Part shown: positions 41,606 through 51,503 of the stretch, piece after piece | Numbering within the stretch: the first letter of the stretch is position 1 | How the letters are laid out: every line of letters starts with the position of its first letter | Source of the DNA: an uncultured bacterium | GTDB lineage: Bacteria; Patescibacteriota; Minisyncoccia; Phycocordibacterales; UBA6065 | DNA length: 64,000 nucleotides | NCBI GenBank assembly: GCA_963841935.1 | Contig: CAWJEP010000001.1 | Location: forward strand, 141,302 to 205,301 | Direction of reading: 5' to 3' | Notes under the pieces: model-generated | The model's input: only the letters and a program-made list of their open reading frames with translations | What the model was told of the DNA's origin: nothing | Databases searched by the model: none | Translations under genes and position numbers: made by a program

Positions 41606-42034
41606 TTATTGCGACAGATTTCCTATAAAAAACGCTGCGAGTTCCGCGTTGGCCCTGGCGTTTCCTCCGTGCTGGCTTTCGAACGCGGAGGTGCCGTCTT
41701 TTCCGCAAATGGAAAGTATGGCCTCTGGACCACCCGGGTGTTTTGATATCCACGAAGTCAGGTTATAAACTTTGCCGCTTATCGTCGTCCAACAACTTGA
41801 TTGGCTAGAATGCAACTCAACATCAGCCATCGTATACAAGGTGACGTTTGAAACCTTTGTCGTGGAGACAGAAGAAGATGTTTTAAGATTCGGCGACGAT
41901 GTAGTGTTTTGCGCCACCGCATTTTGTGTCGGCGGCGGCGCATAGTCCATCGTTCCGGATTTTGAAAAAGTGTCCGCCGCCATGACACCGACAATCGCTA
42001 GGGCTACTATCAATCCGATATGTTTACTTTTCAT
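41606..42034 (-). CDS. Membrane-anchored cytochrome b5-like heme-binding domain protein
   Basis: HPGGPEAI and GKDGTSAFESQH heme-ligand motifs. Confidence 0.6.
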   Translation of the reverse strand: MKSKHIGLIVALAIVGVMAADTFSKSGTMDYAPPPTQNAVAQNTTSSPNLKTSSSVSTTKVSNVTLYTMADVELHSSQSSCWTTISGKVYNLTSWISKHPGGPEAILSICGKDGTSAFESQHGGNARANAELAAFFIGNLSQ

Positions 42035-42453
42035 TATTGCGCCGATGTTTGCGGTTGGCGAAGCTGTATTGAGTTTGCCGTGACGCTTCCGTCGGAGTTT
42101 GCCGTCCCTATGACCGTGATGTTAGCGCCATCCGTAATGTCGTTTGGCGTTCCTGAAGTGGTCATTGTTATTGGAGTAGATGTCGAATAGAAGGCCACGA
42201 CAGAACCGCTCTTGAGGGCTATGGTAACGCTTGAAGAGTCGCTTGATACCACCGTGCCGGATGTGACCATGCTGCCGCCGAAACCGCCGCCGGCGGTACT
42301 TGTCGTGGAACCGGTTCTCGTCGCTCGTGCTCCTCCATACGCCGAGCTCGCGGTTTGACTGCCTCCGGAAATAGATTGGCCGTAGGCGAAGCCTCCGTAG
42401 AAAAGTCCGGCCGCCACGACGATGCTTATTATGATTTTTGTTGGTTTTTTCAT
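42034..42453 (-). CDS. Secreted Gly/Ser/Thr-rich protein
   Basis: Signal anchor, low complexity. Confidence 0.4.
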   Translation of the reverse strand: MKKPTKIIISIVVAAGLFYGGFAYGQSISGGSQTASSAYGGARATRTGSTTSTAGGGFGGSMVTSGTVVSSDSSSVTIALKSGSVVAFYSTSTPITMTTSGTPNDITDGANITVIGTANSDGSVTANSIQLRQPQTSAQ

Positions 42454-42470
42454 TTTATTTTGTTATTTTT

Positions 42471-43217
42471 TTATACTTCAATCCTCGAGAATAGATACGA
42501 GCCGATAACTACAAACGATGCAGTGACTAGGACAAGAACCAAAGCGTCGGTACCCAGCGAAAAATAATTTCCGCCGACGAGAGTGCCTCGAATAGCGTCG
42601 ACGCCGAAAGTCAGCGGGTCTATTTTAGCCAGAAACGCCACCACGCTCGGCAATCCTTCAAGCGGGAAGAGCGCTCCGGAGAGGAAAAATATCGGCATGA
42701 TGAAGAAGTTTACGATAAGGCCAAAACCTTGCATGTCTTCAAGCACTGAAGCTATCGCCGTGCCGACGGAAGTAAACAACAGAGCGATAAGAAACATGAA
42801 AACAAGCGAGAGCAGGAAACCTCCGACGGATGTGGGATGAAAACCAACGAAAAGGGTAATGATGAAAACGATAATGCCTTGAGCCACGGCTATGGTCGCG
42901 CCGCCCAATGTGCGGCCGATCATTATTTTCGTGCGCGAAACCGGCGCGACGAGAGTCTCCTTGAGAAATCCGAATTGCCTGTCCCAAATGATTTCCATTC
43001 CCGTGAAAACGGCGTTGAAAAGTATGCCCATGGCGATGATACCCGGTGCGATGAAATCAATGTAACTTCCTCCGCCCGCTTTGGCGAATATAGGACCGAA
43101 ACCAAAACCCAAAGCCAAAAGAAAAAGAATCGGCTGACCCACGGAACCGATTATGCGCGACCTAGAACGGATTTGCCGTTTGAGTTGCCTAAGCCAAAGA
43201 ATGTAAATTGGTTTCAT
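42471..43217 (-). CDS. ABC-2 type transporter permease
   Basis: Six TM helices, follows ABC ATPase. Confidence 0.7.
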   Translation of the reverse strand: MKPIYILWLRQLKRQIRSRSRIIGSVGQPILFLLALGFGFGPIFAKAGGGSYIDFIAPGIIAMGILFNAVFTGMEIIWDRQFGFLKETLVAPVSRTKIMIGRTLGGATIAVAQGIIVFIITLFVGFHPTSVGGFLLSLVFMFLIALLFTSVGTAIASVLEDMQGFGLIVNFFIMPIFFLSGALFPLEGLPSVVAFLAKIDPLTFGVDAIRGTLVGGNYFSLGTDALVLVLVTASFVVIGSYLFSRIEV

Positions 43218-43226
43218 ATAATTATT

Positions 43227-44036
43227 TTATCTTCGGCCGCGCATTTTATGCATCATTTTCATATGACTTCCGCCGTCCGCGCTCTCTTCGCGAATAGCTT
43301 TGCCGGTGAGAGCGAGAAATGCATCTTCGAGCGAGGCGGTTTTGGTTTTATTTTTGAGCGCCGCGGACGTGCCCTCGGCCACTATTTTTCCGTTGTCTAT
43401 GATGGCAATACGCTCGGCGCTTTTTTCCGCTTCTTCTATGTAGTGAGTGGTAAAAAATACGGTCATTTTTTCTTTTTTGGAAAGCTCCTCGATGTATTCC
43501 CAAATATGGTGTCTTGTCTGCGGGTCAAGTCCCACGGTCGGCTCGTCGAGAAAAAGAATTCTCGGATGATGTATGAGTCCTCTGGCGATTTCGAGGCGGC
43601 GTTTCATTCCTCCGGAGAAAAATTTCACCAGAATATTTTTTTTGTCCCAGAGCTCGACGAATTTCATCAGGTCCTCGATGCGCTTGCGACGAATTTCTTT
43701 GGGCACGCTGTATAAAACGCCGTGGAATTCCATATTTTCCCAAGCCGTGAGCTCGTCGTCGAGAGACGGGTCTTGAAAAACGATGCCGAAAGACTTTCTC
43801 ACGGCGTTTTTATCCGTCGCCGCGTTCGCGCCGTTTATGATAATGGTGCCGGAAGTGGGAGATAGGAGAGTGGTAAGCATTCTTATTGTCGTCGTCTTGC
43901 CGGCGCCGTTTGGTCCGAGGAAGGCGAAAATCATTCCTTCCGGAACTGAAAATGAAATATCGTCAACGACGGCCGTGCCGTCGAAAATTTTCGTAACACG
44001 TTCGATTTTTATTATGGATTCGTTCATTTTATTCAT
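43227..44036 (-). CDS. ABC transporter ATP-binding protein
   Basis: GPNGAGKTT, LSGGMKRR, Walker B LFLDEPT. Confidence 0.8.
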   Translation of the reverse strand: MNKMNESIIKIERVTKIFDGTAVVDDISFSVPEGMIFAFLGPNGAGKTTTIRMLTTLLSPTSGTIIINGANAATDKNAVRKSFGIVFQDPSLDDELTAWENMEFHGVLYSVPKEIRRKRIEDLMKFVELWDKKNILVKFFSGGMKRRLEIARGLIHHPRILFLDEPTVGLDPQTRHHIWEYIEELSKKEKMTVFFTTHYIEEAEKSAERIAIIDNGKIVAEGTSAALKNKTKTASLEDAFLALTGKAIREESADGGSHMKMMHKMRGRR

Positions 44037-45249
44037 ATCGCAAAGCTTCTATCGGATTCATCATGGCCGCCCTGCGCGCCGGATAGTAACCAAAGACTAT
44101 TCCTATGATTGCCGAGACGCCGAAAGCCAAAATTACGGAGACGGGCGAAACAGTCGTGGCGATAATGCCGAAATAAGTGATGCCGAAACAAATTCCCCAG
44201 CCCAAAGCGATTCCTATGCAGCCGCCAATGACGGTAAGGGCTATCGATTCCATGAGAAATTGGAGCGTAATGTCTTTTTCTTGAGCTCCGATGGCTTTGC
44301 GCAGGCCGATCTCGCGAGTGCGCTCCGTTACCGTCGTGAGCATCATGTTCATTATACCAATGCCTCCGACGATAAGCGATATTCCCGCGACCGCGCCTAA
44401 AAGTAAAGTAAAAGTGTTTGTGACGCTCGAAGCCGTGGCCAGAATGTCCGCCTGATTGAGAATGCTAAAGTCGGGACTTGCCGCCGAGACGTTGTGGCGG
44501 GTCAAAAGCAAATTCGTGATGTCATTTTGGACCTGAGTCATTACTCCAGAGTTTGCCGCTTGGACGTCTATGGTGGTCAGATAAGGGTTGCCGGCGAGAT
44601 ATTGCGTGGCGGTCGATACCGGAATAAAAACTTCGTCATCCTGACTGCCGAAAGAAGTGCCGCCTTTAGCTACCGTCTCGCCGATAATGGTAAACTCGAT
44701 GTTTTTTATGCGGATGATTTGACCGACGGGGTCGGTGCCGGTGGCCAAAAGGTCGTTTGCGACCGTGGGACCGACGATGGCGACTTTATTTACCGACGCG
44801 ATGTCCTGGTCGGAAATGAAATTGCCCTCGGAAATGCTCACGTTTCTAACCGAAGGGTAGTTGGAACTTACTCCGTCCACGGTGACGTTTGTATTCGTGC
44901 CTTTTGCCGTTACTTGGTCTCTGCCGGAAACCTCCGATGTAACTGCGGTCACGTTGTTCACTTGCGAGGCGATGGCGTCTGCGTCGCCTTGAATGAGAGA
45001 CTGCGCCGTGCCGCGGCCCGTGGACACGCCGTAGCCGATAGTTCTTTGCGCGCCGGGAGTAATTTCCAAGAGATTGCTCCCGATGCTTTGAATGGAAGAA
45101 TTTATGCTTGATTGGGCGCCATTGCCGATCGACACCATGGCGATGACGGAGGAAATGCCGATGACGATGCCGAGCATCGTGAGTCCCGAACGGACTTTGT
45201 TCGCCCTAAGCGCCGTTGATGTTTCTTCTAAAATATCTTTTGTCGTCAT
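44029..45249 (-). CDS. MacB/FtsX-type ABC permease
   Basis: N-terminal TM, large periplasmic domain, C-terminal FtsX-like four-TM bundle. Confidence 0.75.
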   Translation of the reverse strand: MTTKDILEETSTALRANKVRSGLTMLGIVIGISSVIAMVSIGNGAQSSINSSIQSIGSNLLEITPGAQRTIGYGVSTGRGTAQSLIQGDADAIASQVNNVTAVTSEVSGRDQVTAKGTNTNVTVDGVSSNYPSVRNVSISEGNFISDQDIASVNKVAIVGPTVANDLLATGTDPVGQIIRIKNIEFTIIGETVAKGGTSFGSQDDEVFIPVSTATQYLAGNPYLTTIDVQAANSGVMTQVQNDITNLLLTRHNVSAASPDFSILNQADILATASSVTNTFTLLLGAVAGISLIVGGIGIMNMMLTTVTERTREIGLRKAIGAQEKDITLQFLMESIALTVIGGCIGIALGWGICFGITYFGIIATTVSPVSVILAFGVSAIIGIVFGYYPARRAAMMNPIEALRYE

Positions 45250-45961
45250 GATGGTATGCTGTGCCGAGCTTTTCTTTGCGCGTGAGTCCCGCTATCGCTC
45301 ACTATGAGTCCGTCGCGAATATGAATGATGCGCGCGGCATGTTCCGCAACGTCGAGTTCGTGGGTAATGAGGACGATGGTGCGTCCTTCAATTTCGTTCA
45401 GGCGTTGAAAAGTGCCTAGAACGATTTCCCCGGTCTTGCTATCGAGATTTCCCGTTGGCTCATCGGCGAGAATGAGTGTCGGGTTGTTGACGAGAGCGCG
45501 GGCGATAGCCACACGCTGTATTTGTCCGCCGGAAAGTTGGTTTGAAAGATGCATAAAGTGCGTCTCGTCGAGGCCGGCGGCTTTTAAGGCGTCCGTGGCT
45601 CGAACAATTCTTTCTTCGTGCGGTACTCCGGCGTAAACCAAAGGAAGCATGACGTTTCGAAGGACGGTGGTTCGGGCAGGAGATTGAAAGCTTGGAAGAC
45701 GAAACCGATTTTATCTTTCCTTATTTCCGCGAGTTCGTCGTCTTTGAGGGTTGATACGTCTTTTCCGTCGAGAAGGTAAGTTCCGGAAGTCGGCGTGTCG
45801 AGGCATCCCAGAATGTGCATCAACGTTGATTTGCCGGAACCGGACGGTCCCATAATCGCTAGAAACTCGCCATCTCTTATGGTAAAGGAAACTCCCTTCA
45901 ACGCTTGGAAACCGCCGTCGGCGCTCTTATAGGTCTTTGTTACGTCGTGGACCTCGATCAT
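45246..45961 (-). pseudogene. MacB/LolD-type ABC ATPase with -1 frameshift at an A3 run (plus 45655-45657)
   Basis: Upstream frame gives MIEVHDVTKTYKS...GPSGSGKST...FQAFNLLPEPPSFE; the other frame continues [11 protein letters not shown]...[14 protein letters not shown]...ADEPTGNLD. The junction sequence GAAACGTCATG would read ENVM with one extra A. Confidence 0.75.
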
Positions 45962-45962
45962 A

Positions 45963-47633
45963 TTATGGAATTCTAACAGCCCCGGCTCCGCCGCCACCGC
46001 CGCGCGCTCCTCCGCCGGCCGCGCCAAAAATACTTGGCGCGGCTAAGGTGGAAGCTACCGGTGTAGCTCCCGCGGAAGCCGTCGTTTTCGTTATCACTTG
46101 GTCGCCTTGAGAAAGTCCGGAAAGAATTTCCGTGACCGTGCTGTTTGAAACTCCGACAATTACGGGAACGTTTTTCGGCCCCGTCGAAGACGTAACTCCA
46201 GCCGCCGCTTGCGCGGCGGATACTTTTTGATTAAGTTCCTGAACGTAAGAAACCGAGCCCTGAGTTTTGATTGCCGAGTTTGGCACAGTCAGGACATTGC
46301 TCTCGACGTCCGTGACTATCGAAGCGTTGACGCTCATGCCCGGTTTTATTCTGACGTCATCCGTGTCTAGGGTGATGGTAATAGTGTAGCTCACGACGCC
46401 GGAACTTACCGTGCCGATGACGGAGACATCACTCACGTGTCCGGCGATTGATAGATTGTTTATGGCGTCGAAAGTAAGCGTGGCTTTGTCTCCGACCTCC
46501 ACCTTGGCCGCGTCTATTTCGTTTAGAAGAATCGTGGCGATTTTTTGTTTGGATACTATCGTGCCTATGGTTTCGCCGCTTGATATCGTATTCGTGGGTT
46601 CCACGGCGAGAGACAATATTCCGTCTATTGGAGCGTAAATAAAGTAATCGTTGTAAGTTTCTTCCGCGGCCTGAATGGAAAGTTCTTGCGATTGAATGTC
46701 CAACGAATCGGCTCCGGAGATTAAAGCTTCCAAGGTATTATTCGCTTGGGTGATACCATTCTCGTCTCCGAGAAGGGCGGTAACATAACCACTGACTTGA
46801 GTTGACCATGTATCAAGATTGTCGAGAGCGGTCGTCGCCTGACTTTGAGCGGAAGAAGGCGTGTTGGCTTCTACGAATTCAGCCGTTGTCCTTTCGTCTT
46901 TGATCGCTTGAGCGACTGCCTGTACCGTAGTGTAAGTCGAAGCGAGAAGAGATTCGATTGACGCGGTGGCGCTTTGTCTTGTCAAAGTCGAATAAAGCGC
47001 CACGCTAGATTGATAATCGGCATCGGCCGTCGCGTCACTTGCCAAAGCTTCGTTACGTAGAGATTCAGCCGTCATATTGAAATATTGGCTGTCTGAATCG
47101 CTGAGATATTGACCTTGTTTGTTGAGCATACCGTCTATGCCTGTAATGACTGTCGGCAAATTTATAAAAGTGGTAACCAAATCGTTCCAAGCCGAATTAT
47201 AACTCGATACCACATTGTTCTGGTCGGCCACGAGGGTCGTCGTTGCCGGCGCTTCTTCAAGTTTCGCCAAGGATATTTCCGCGCTTTGAAGCGAACGCGC
47301 CGCGTCGGTATTGTCTATGGTAGCGAGAAGTTGGCCTTGCGTCACTTCCTGTCCGTCTGTCACGGGAAGCGATGTCAGCGCTCCGGAGACTTTGCTTGCC
47401 ACGGCGACTTGCTCGTTTGCCGATATTTGTCCGCTTCCGGTGACCGTGGTTATGATTGTGCTGGAAGCGACACTGGATAGAGTATATAAAGTCGCCTGAC
47501 TGCCGGTTTGAGCGGTTTCGACGGCTTTGTATCCTCCGGCGACTATCGCGGCGGCTATCAAAACCGAAATTATCTTGTGTCCGAGAGCGTAGGTTTTTAA
47601 TTTTCCCGCTGTATCAGAAATTTTTTTATTCAT
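45963..47633 (-). CDS. HlyD/MacA-type periplasmic adaptor with Gly-rich C-terminal tail
   Basis: TM anchor, long coiled-coil, barrel domains; C-terminus GGGARGGGGGAGAV. Confidence 0.7.
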   Translation of the reverse strand: MNKKISDTAGKLKTYALGHKIISVLIAAAIVAGGYKAVETAQTGSQATLYTLSSVASSTIITTVTGSGQISANEQVAVASKVSGALTSLPVTDGQEVTQGQLLATIDNTDAARSLQSAEISLAKLEEAPATTTLVADQNNVVSSYNSAWNDLVTTFINLPTVITGIDGMLNKQGQYLSDSDSQYFNMTAESLRNEALASDATADADYQSSVALYSTLTRQSATASIESLLASTYTTVQAVAQAIKDERTTAEFVEANTPSSAQSQATTALDNLDTWSTQVSGYVTALLGDENGITQANNTLEALISGADSLDIQSQELSIQAAEETYNDYFIYAPIDGILSLAVEPTNTISSGETIGTIVSKQKIATILLNEIDAAKVEVGDKATLTFDAINNLSIAGHVSDVSVIGTVSSGVVSYTITITLDTDDVRIKPGMSVNASIVTDVESNVLTVPNSAIKTQGSVSYVQELNQKVSAAQAAAGVTSSTGPKNVPVIVGVSNSTVTEILSGLSQGDQVITKTTASAGATPVASTLAAPSIFGAAGGGARGGGGGAGAVRIP

Positions 47634-47650
47634 TTTTATTTTGACGATAT

Positions 47651-48124
47651 TTATCGTCCGGAAGACATTCCGCTATCGGCGGGGAAGACGCGAATAAATT
47701 CCGCCGCGATATCCGAATTCGCGCCGGGCGTTCCGATGACGACGGCGGAGTCGCCTACGACTATCGCCGAGGACGAAGCGGAACCGCGCAGCTCGTTGAT
47801 TACCGTTTCGCTACCTACCTCCACTTTCTTTTCTATGTTATCCGGACCGACGACGATGAATGTCGGCAATTCCACGGAAATTATTTTTCCCGCCGCCTCG
47901 TTTCCACCCGGTATGGCGTCAGCGTCAAAAGACGGCGGTATGTCCGCGTCATCGCTTCTGCCAAAAAGCACGTCGTAATGCTCACCAACGCGGTATGAGA
48001 AAGAAGCTTTATGAAAACCGACGGTCACTCCAAAAAGAAACGTCACCAAAAGCACCACGATTGCTCCGCCCGCGACGAGAATTATTTTGAATATTTTAGA
48101 GTAGTGGATATTTTTTTCTATCAT
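47651..48124 (-). CDS. Hypothetical membrane-anchored protein
   Basis: One TM; downstream of the sigma/anti-sigma pair. Confidence 0.4.
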   Translation of the reverse strand: MIEKNIHYSKIFKIILVAGGAIVVLLVTFLFGVTVGFHKASFSYRVGEHYDVLFGRSDDADIPPSFDADAIPGGNEAAGKIISVELPTFIVVGPDNIEKKVEVGSETVINELRGSASSSAIVVGDSAVVIGTPGANSDIAAEFIRVFPADSGMSSGR

Positions 48125-48174
48125 GACTTATGTATTTAAGATAACACACCGTCCCGATTTCCGCCGCCGATTTT

Positions 48175-48567
48175 TTAACTGAAGGAAAGCTTCATCGCCT
48201 TTACGTATCTAAAAGCTTGGGCCGCTGACCAGACAAAAGCCAAAAGCACCGCCGCCGATATAGCCAAAGCGAATATGGGCGCGGTTTCCGCGAGCGAAAG
48301 GGCAAAAAGTTTCCACATACCCGCTATGGTCGGCAAGTCGGAAAAGATAAGCGACGCGTATTGAGTGAATCCCGAACGTGAAGCCACGTTCTTCACGTTT
48401 TCGAAAGCCGGCACGAGGGCCGCGAGCGACGCGAAGGACAACGTCAAAAACACCACGACTCGCGTCTTTTCGCGCCCCCTTTCCCGATTGCGAAGTTCGA
48501 GAATAACTCGGCTTTCAAGCCCCTGCGGTATGGGGCACATATTCATCGGTATTAAAGGTTTTTCCAT
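48175..48567 (-). CDS. Putative anti-sigma factor (membrane)
   Basis: Small protein with central TM immediately downstream of the ECF sigma. Confidence 0.4.
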   Translation of the reverse strand: MEKPLIPMNMCPIPQGLESRVILELRNRERGREKTRVVVFLTLSFASLAALVPAFENVKNVASRSGFTQYASLIFSDLPTIAGMWKLFALSLAETAPIFALAISAAVLLAFVWSAAQAFRYVKAMKLSFS

Positions 48568-48587
48568 CGTTTTATATACGAATACGC

Positions 48588-49190
48588 TTATAATTTCGGT
48601 GCGCCGCCGTTTTGTATCATTTCGCGCAGGGCTATGATGGCTCTGCGATATTGGCTTTTTATGGTGTTCATCGGTCTTCCCATAATATCGGCGATATTTT
48701 CGAATGAGAGTCGCTCGAGATCGTGAAGGATGACAATGGCCCGCCTATCTTCCGGCAGTTTTGCGATTAGGGCCTCTAGGGCCGAAGCAACTTCTTTTCT
48801 TTGGAAAATATCGTGGGGGAGTTCCGACTGGTCTTCCACGTCGAAAACCTCATCGACCTCGTTTTCGAATGAGGAAAAAGGCACGTTTTTTCTTTTTCTG
48901 GTGAAATCTATTGCCACCCTCCTCGCTATGGTAAAAAGCCAGACTTTGAAGCTGCGCGTTTCATCGTACCGTTTGATATACTTCCAAACCCTGACGAAAG
49001 TTTCTTGCGTCACGTCGTCGGCGTGTTCTTCGTTCACGAATCTTCTGACGAAGTTGTAGACGGCGGATATGTATCGCCCCACCAATATTTCTATGGCGCT
49101 TTGGTCGCCGTTTTTATAAGCGGCCACGAGCTCGCTGTCCGTTTTTTCCATGGGCATCATCATATCACTTGAGTTCCGATGTTGACACAA
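48588..49190 (-). CDS. ECF-type RNA polymerase sigma factor
   Basis: Region 2 ETFVRVWKYIKRYD and region 4 helix-turn-helix SFENIADIMGRPMNTIKSQYRRA. Confidence 0.8.
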   Translation of the reverse strand: MCQHRNSSDMMMPMEKTDSELVAAYKNGDQSAIEILVGRYISAVYNFVRRFVNEEHADDVTQETFVRVWKYIKRYDETRSFKVWLFTIARRVAIDFTRKRKNVPFSSFENEVDEVFDVEDQSELPHDIFQRKEVASALEALIAKLPEDRRAIVILHDLERLSFENIADIMGRPMNTIKSQYRRAIIALREMIQNGGAPKL

Positions 49191-49440
49191 TATATATTTT
49201 ATTTTTTATTAAAATTAACCGGTTCGACCGACGTCGAATTGTGTCTAATAAAGTGTCCTTTATGTCCATTTTTTTATTTAGGGCGTAGATTTTTCCAAAG
49301 GACATTAGATTAAAATCCAATGTCCTTTGGAATTTTTTAGCCGCTACGGAATAAGCGCTTTAGGCGCGAGTTTTGTCCTTGATATGTCCAATACGCTTTT
49401 CCATCGCCTAATTTAACGACTTCGTGTTAGTATTTTTTGT

Positions 49441-49824
49441 ATGAAATCAAAAATATGGTGGATTATCGGCATAATTTTTTTCGCGGCCATTATTGTTGGC
49501 AGCGTCACGTGGTACGAGTGGTATCAAAATACTCCCGGGCAATATGATTCTTTCGCCGAGTGCCTGACAAATAGCGGTGTGACTTTTTATGGCGCGTTTT
49601 GGTGTCCGCACTGCCAAGCTCAAAAGGCAATGTTCGGCAAATCAGTGGACAAACTTCCTTATGTCGAATGTTCGACTCCGGACGGAAGCGGCCAGACGCA
49701 GGTATGCATAAACCACAATATTCAGGGATACCCGACTTGGGTGGACAAGAACGGCTCTTCAACGGAAGGGGTGCTGACTTTCGAACAGCTTTCAGCTATG
49801 TCCGGCTGTCCGCTTCCTCAATAA
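49441..49824 (+). CDS. Membrane-anchored thioredoxin-fold thiol-disulfide oxidoreductase (CPHC)
   Basis: TM then FWCPHCQ active site. Confidence 0.65.
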   Translation: MKSKIWWIIGIIFFAAIIVGSVTWYEWYQNTPGQYDSFAECLTNSGVTFYGAFWCPHCQAQKAMFGKSVDKLPYVECSTPDGSGQTQVCINHNIQGYPTWVDKNGSSTEGVLTFEQLSAMSGCPLPQ

Positions 49825-49831
49825 TTAGCCG

Positions 49832-50671
49832 ATGAAAAAAGACACATCGTGGGGAAATGTCGCCGACCGTTACGACGAAGTCGTCTCGGACGCCGATTCA
49901 TATCAAAAAAAAGTCATTTTGCCGAATATCTCGCGTCTCGTCTCGCCGAGAAACGGTTTGCGCGTGCTTGATCTCGCCTGCGGACAGGGATTTTTTTCCC
50001 ACGAGCTCGCCAAGGCTGGCGCGCAGGTCGTCGGGGTGGATGTTTCGAAAGAGTTAGTTGCGCTCGCTCGAAAAAAGGCGGGTTCTGCGGAACACGGATA
50101 TTTTTCTGCTGAAAAATTCCTCGTGCTCGCGCCGTCGCGCTCGCAAGTTTCCGCAGAGCCCGCTTTCTTTCTCGCTCGCGCCGATGATTTATCCGTTCTC
50201 GGCCAAAAGAAATTTGACGTGGCTATTTGTATTCTCGCTATTCAAAACATCGAGGATATTTCCAAAACTTTCAAAGAAGTCTCGCGCGTTTTGGAAAAAA
50301 ACGGGAAATTCGTCATAGTTCTCAATCATCCGGCGTTTCGCGTGCCGAAAGAATCTTCTTGGGGTTTTGATGAAACGACAAAGACGCAATATCGCCGTGT
50401 GGACGAATATTTATCGGAAAGCCGCGCTGAAATAGATATGAATCCCGGCCGTGAGTCCACCGATGAGGCGGAGCAAAAGACGATTTCATTTCATAGGCCG
50501 CTTCAGGTGTATTCAAAAACTTTGGCGAATGCCGGCTTCGCCATCTCCCGCATTGAGGAATGGATATCTCACAAACAAAGCGAAAAAGGTCCTCGCCAAA
50601 TCGCCGAAAACAAATCCCGCAAAGAGATTCCCCTTTTTATGTGTCTTGAGTGCGTGAAAACTGAAAAATAA
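49832..50671 (+). CDS. Class I SAM-dependent methyltransferase
   Basis: LDLACGQGFF motif I. Confidence 0.7.
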   Translation: MKKDTSWGNVADRYDEVVSDADSYQKKVILPNISRLVSPRNGLRVLDLACGQGFFSHELAKAGAQVVGVDVSKELVALARKKAGSAEHGYFSAEKFLVLAPSRSQVSAEPAFFLARADDLSVLGQKKFDVAICILAIQNIEDISKTFKEVSRVLEKNGKFVIVLNHPAFRVPKESSWGFDETTKTQYRRVDEYLSESRAEIDMNPGRESTDEAEQKTISFHRPLQVYSKTLANAGFAISRIEEWISHKQSEKGPRQIAENKSRKEIPLFMCLECVKTEK

Positions 50672-50697
50672 GCTTATTTTTCAGTATTTTTTGACCT

Positions 50698-50727
50698 ATT
50701 GACAAAATAGCCATATTTGGTATATAA
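50698..50727 (+). promoter_or_regulatory. Consensus sigma70 promoter copy 3 (TTGACA-N18-TATAAT)
   Basis: Same 60-bp module (CTATTGACAAAATAGCCATATTTGGTATATAAT ... ATAGAACATTGAAA) as 15880 and 17277. Confidence 0.6.
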
Positions 50728-50809
50728 TTTGGAGTGAATAGAACATTGAAAAATCTTGCATTCCGCAAGACCTCTCTCGTTCGTTCGATAAAAAAAAGGA
50801 GATGACGCC

Positions 50810-51418
50810 ATGAATAACATCATGTCCCCATCAGTTAGCGAAATCACAGCTGGTCAGATTGGCAAGCTTCAGGAAATCCTCGCTGCGCGTTTGCGTAAGT
50901 CAGGACTCCAGAGCGACGCTGTCCAACAGGTTCTCGAAAATCAAGGTGACGAAGTTGCCGACGAGATGGTCGGCGCCGTCCGTCGTCGTGTCGAAGCGGT
51001 CAGTAATATGATCGTTCGCCGTGTCACGGTCAACCGCTCTCGTTCTCCGCGCAATATGATCGCGGCGACAAAGAGAGCCGAGTATCTCGACAATAGCGTG
51101 GTGAAGACGATGCCGAGAAACGAGGGCGACGAAGTGGATGTATTCTTCTTCAAGGTCGGCCGGGATGTTCCCGTTGCCGACTTGGCGAAGGAGTATGAAC
51201 TCCGCGGCCTTGTGCCCGATCATTACGCCCAAGGCGCGGTGAACGAGGTCGATCCAGCATTTGCCGCCGAGCATCCGAACAGCACCCAGTGGCAGGACGA
51301 GGACGGCAACTTCTGCTATCTCACGTTCTTCAGGTGGGACGGCAAGCGCTACGTGGACTGCCGCCGCTACAACGCCGGTTGGCGCGTCCACTGGTGGTTT
51401 GCGGGGGTTCGCAAGTAA
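50810..51418 (+). CDS. Paralog of the DGR target family (possible remote/dormant target)
   Basis: Same promoter and 5'UTR element; RBS AAAGGAG; N-terminal helix pattern like targets 1 and 2; C-terminus ...GWRVHWWFAGVRK*; the 3' end TCGCAAGTAAGAACTAGG resembles the target-2 3' flank. Confidence 0.55.
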   Translation: MNNIMSPSVSEITAGQIGKLQEILAARLRKSGLQSDAVQQVLENQGDEVADEMVGAVRRRVEAVSNMIVRRVTVNRSRSPRNMIAATKRAEYLDNSVVKTMPRNEGDEVDVFFFKVGRDVPVADLAKEYELRGLVPDHYAQGAVNEVDPAFAAEHPNSTQWQDEDGNFCYLTFFRWDGKRYVDCRRYNAGWRVHWWFAGVRK

Positions 51419-51473
51419 GAACTAGGCACTCGGAATTCAGGCCTTTGGACTTAGAAACTTAGAACTTGGTTCT

Positions 51474-51503
51474 GGCGGCGCATCGAAAGATGCGCCGTTT
51501 TTT
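51474..51503. terminator. Bidirectional rho-independent terminator
   Basis: GGCGCATC-GAAA-GATGCGCC followed by TTTTTT; sits between convergent genes. Confidence 0.7.
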
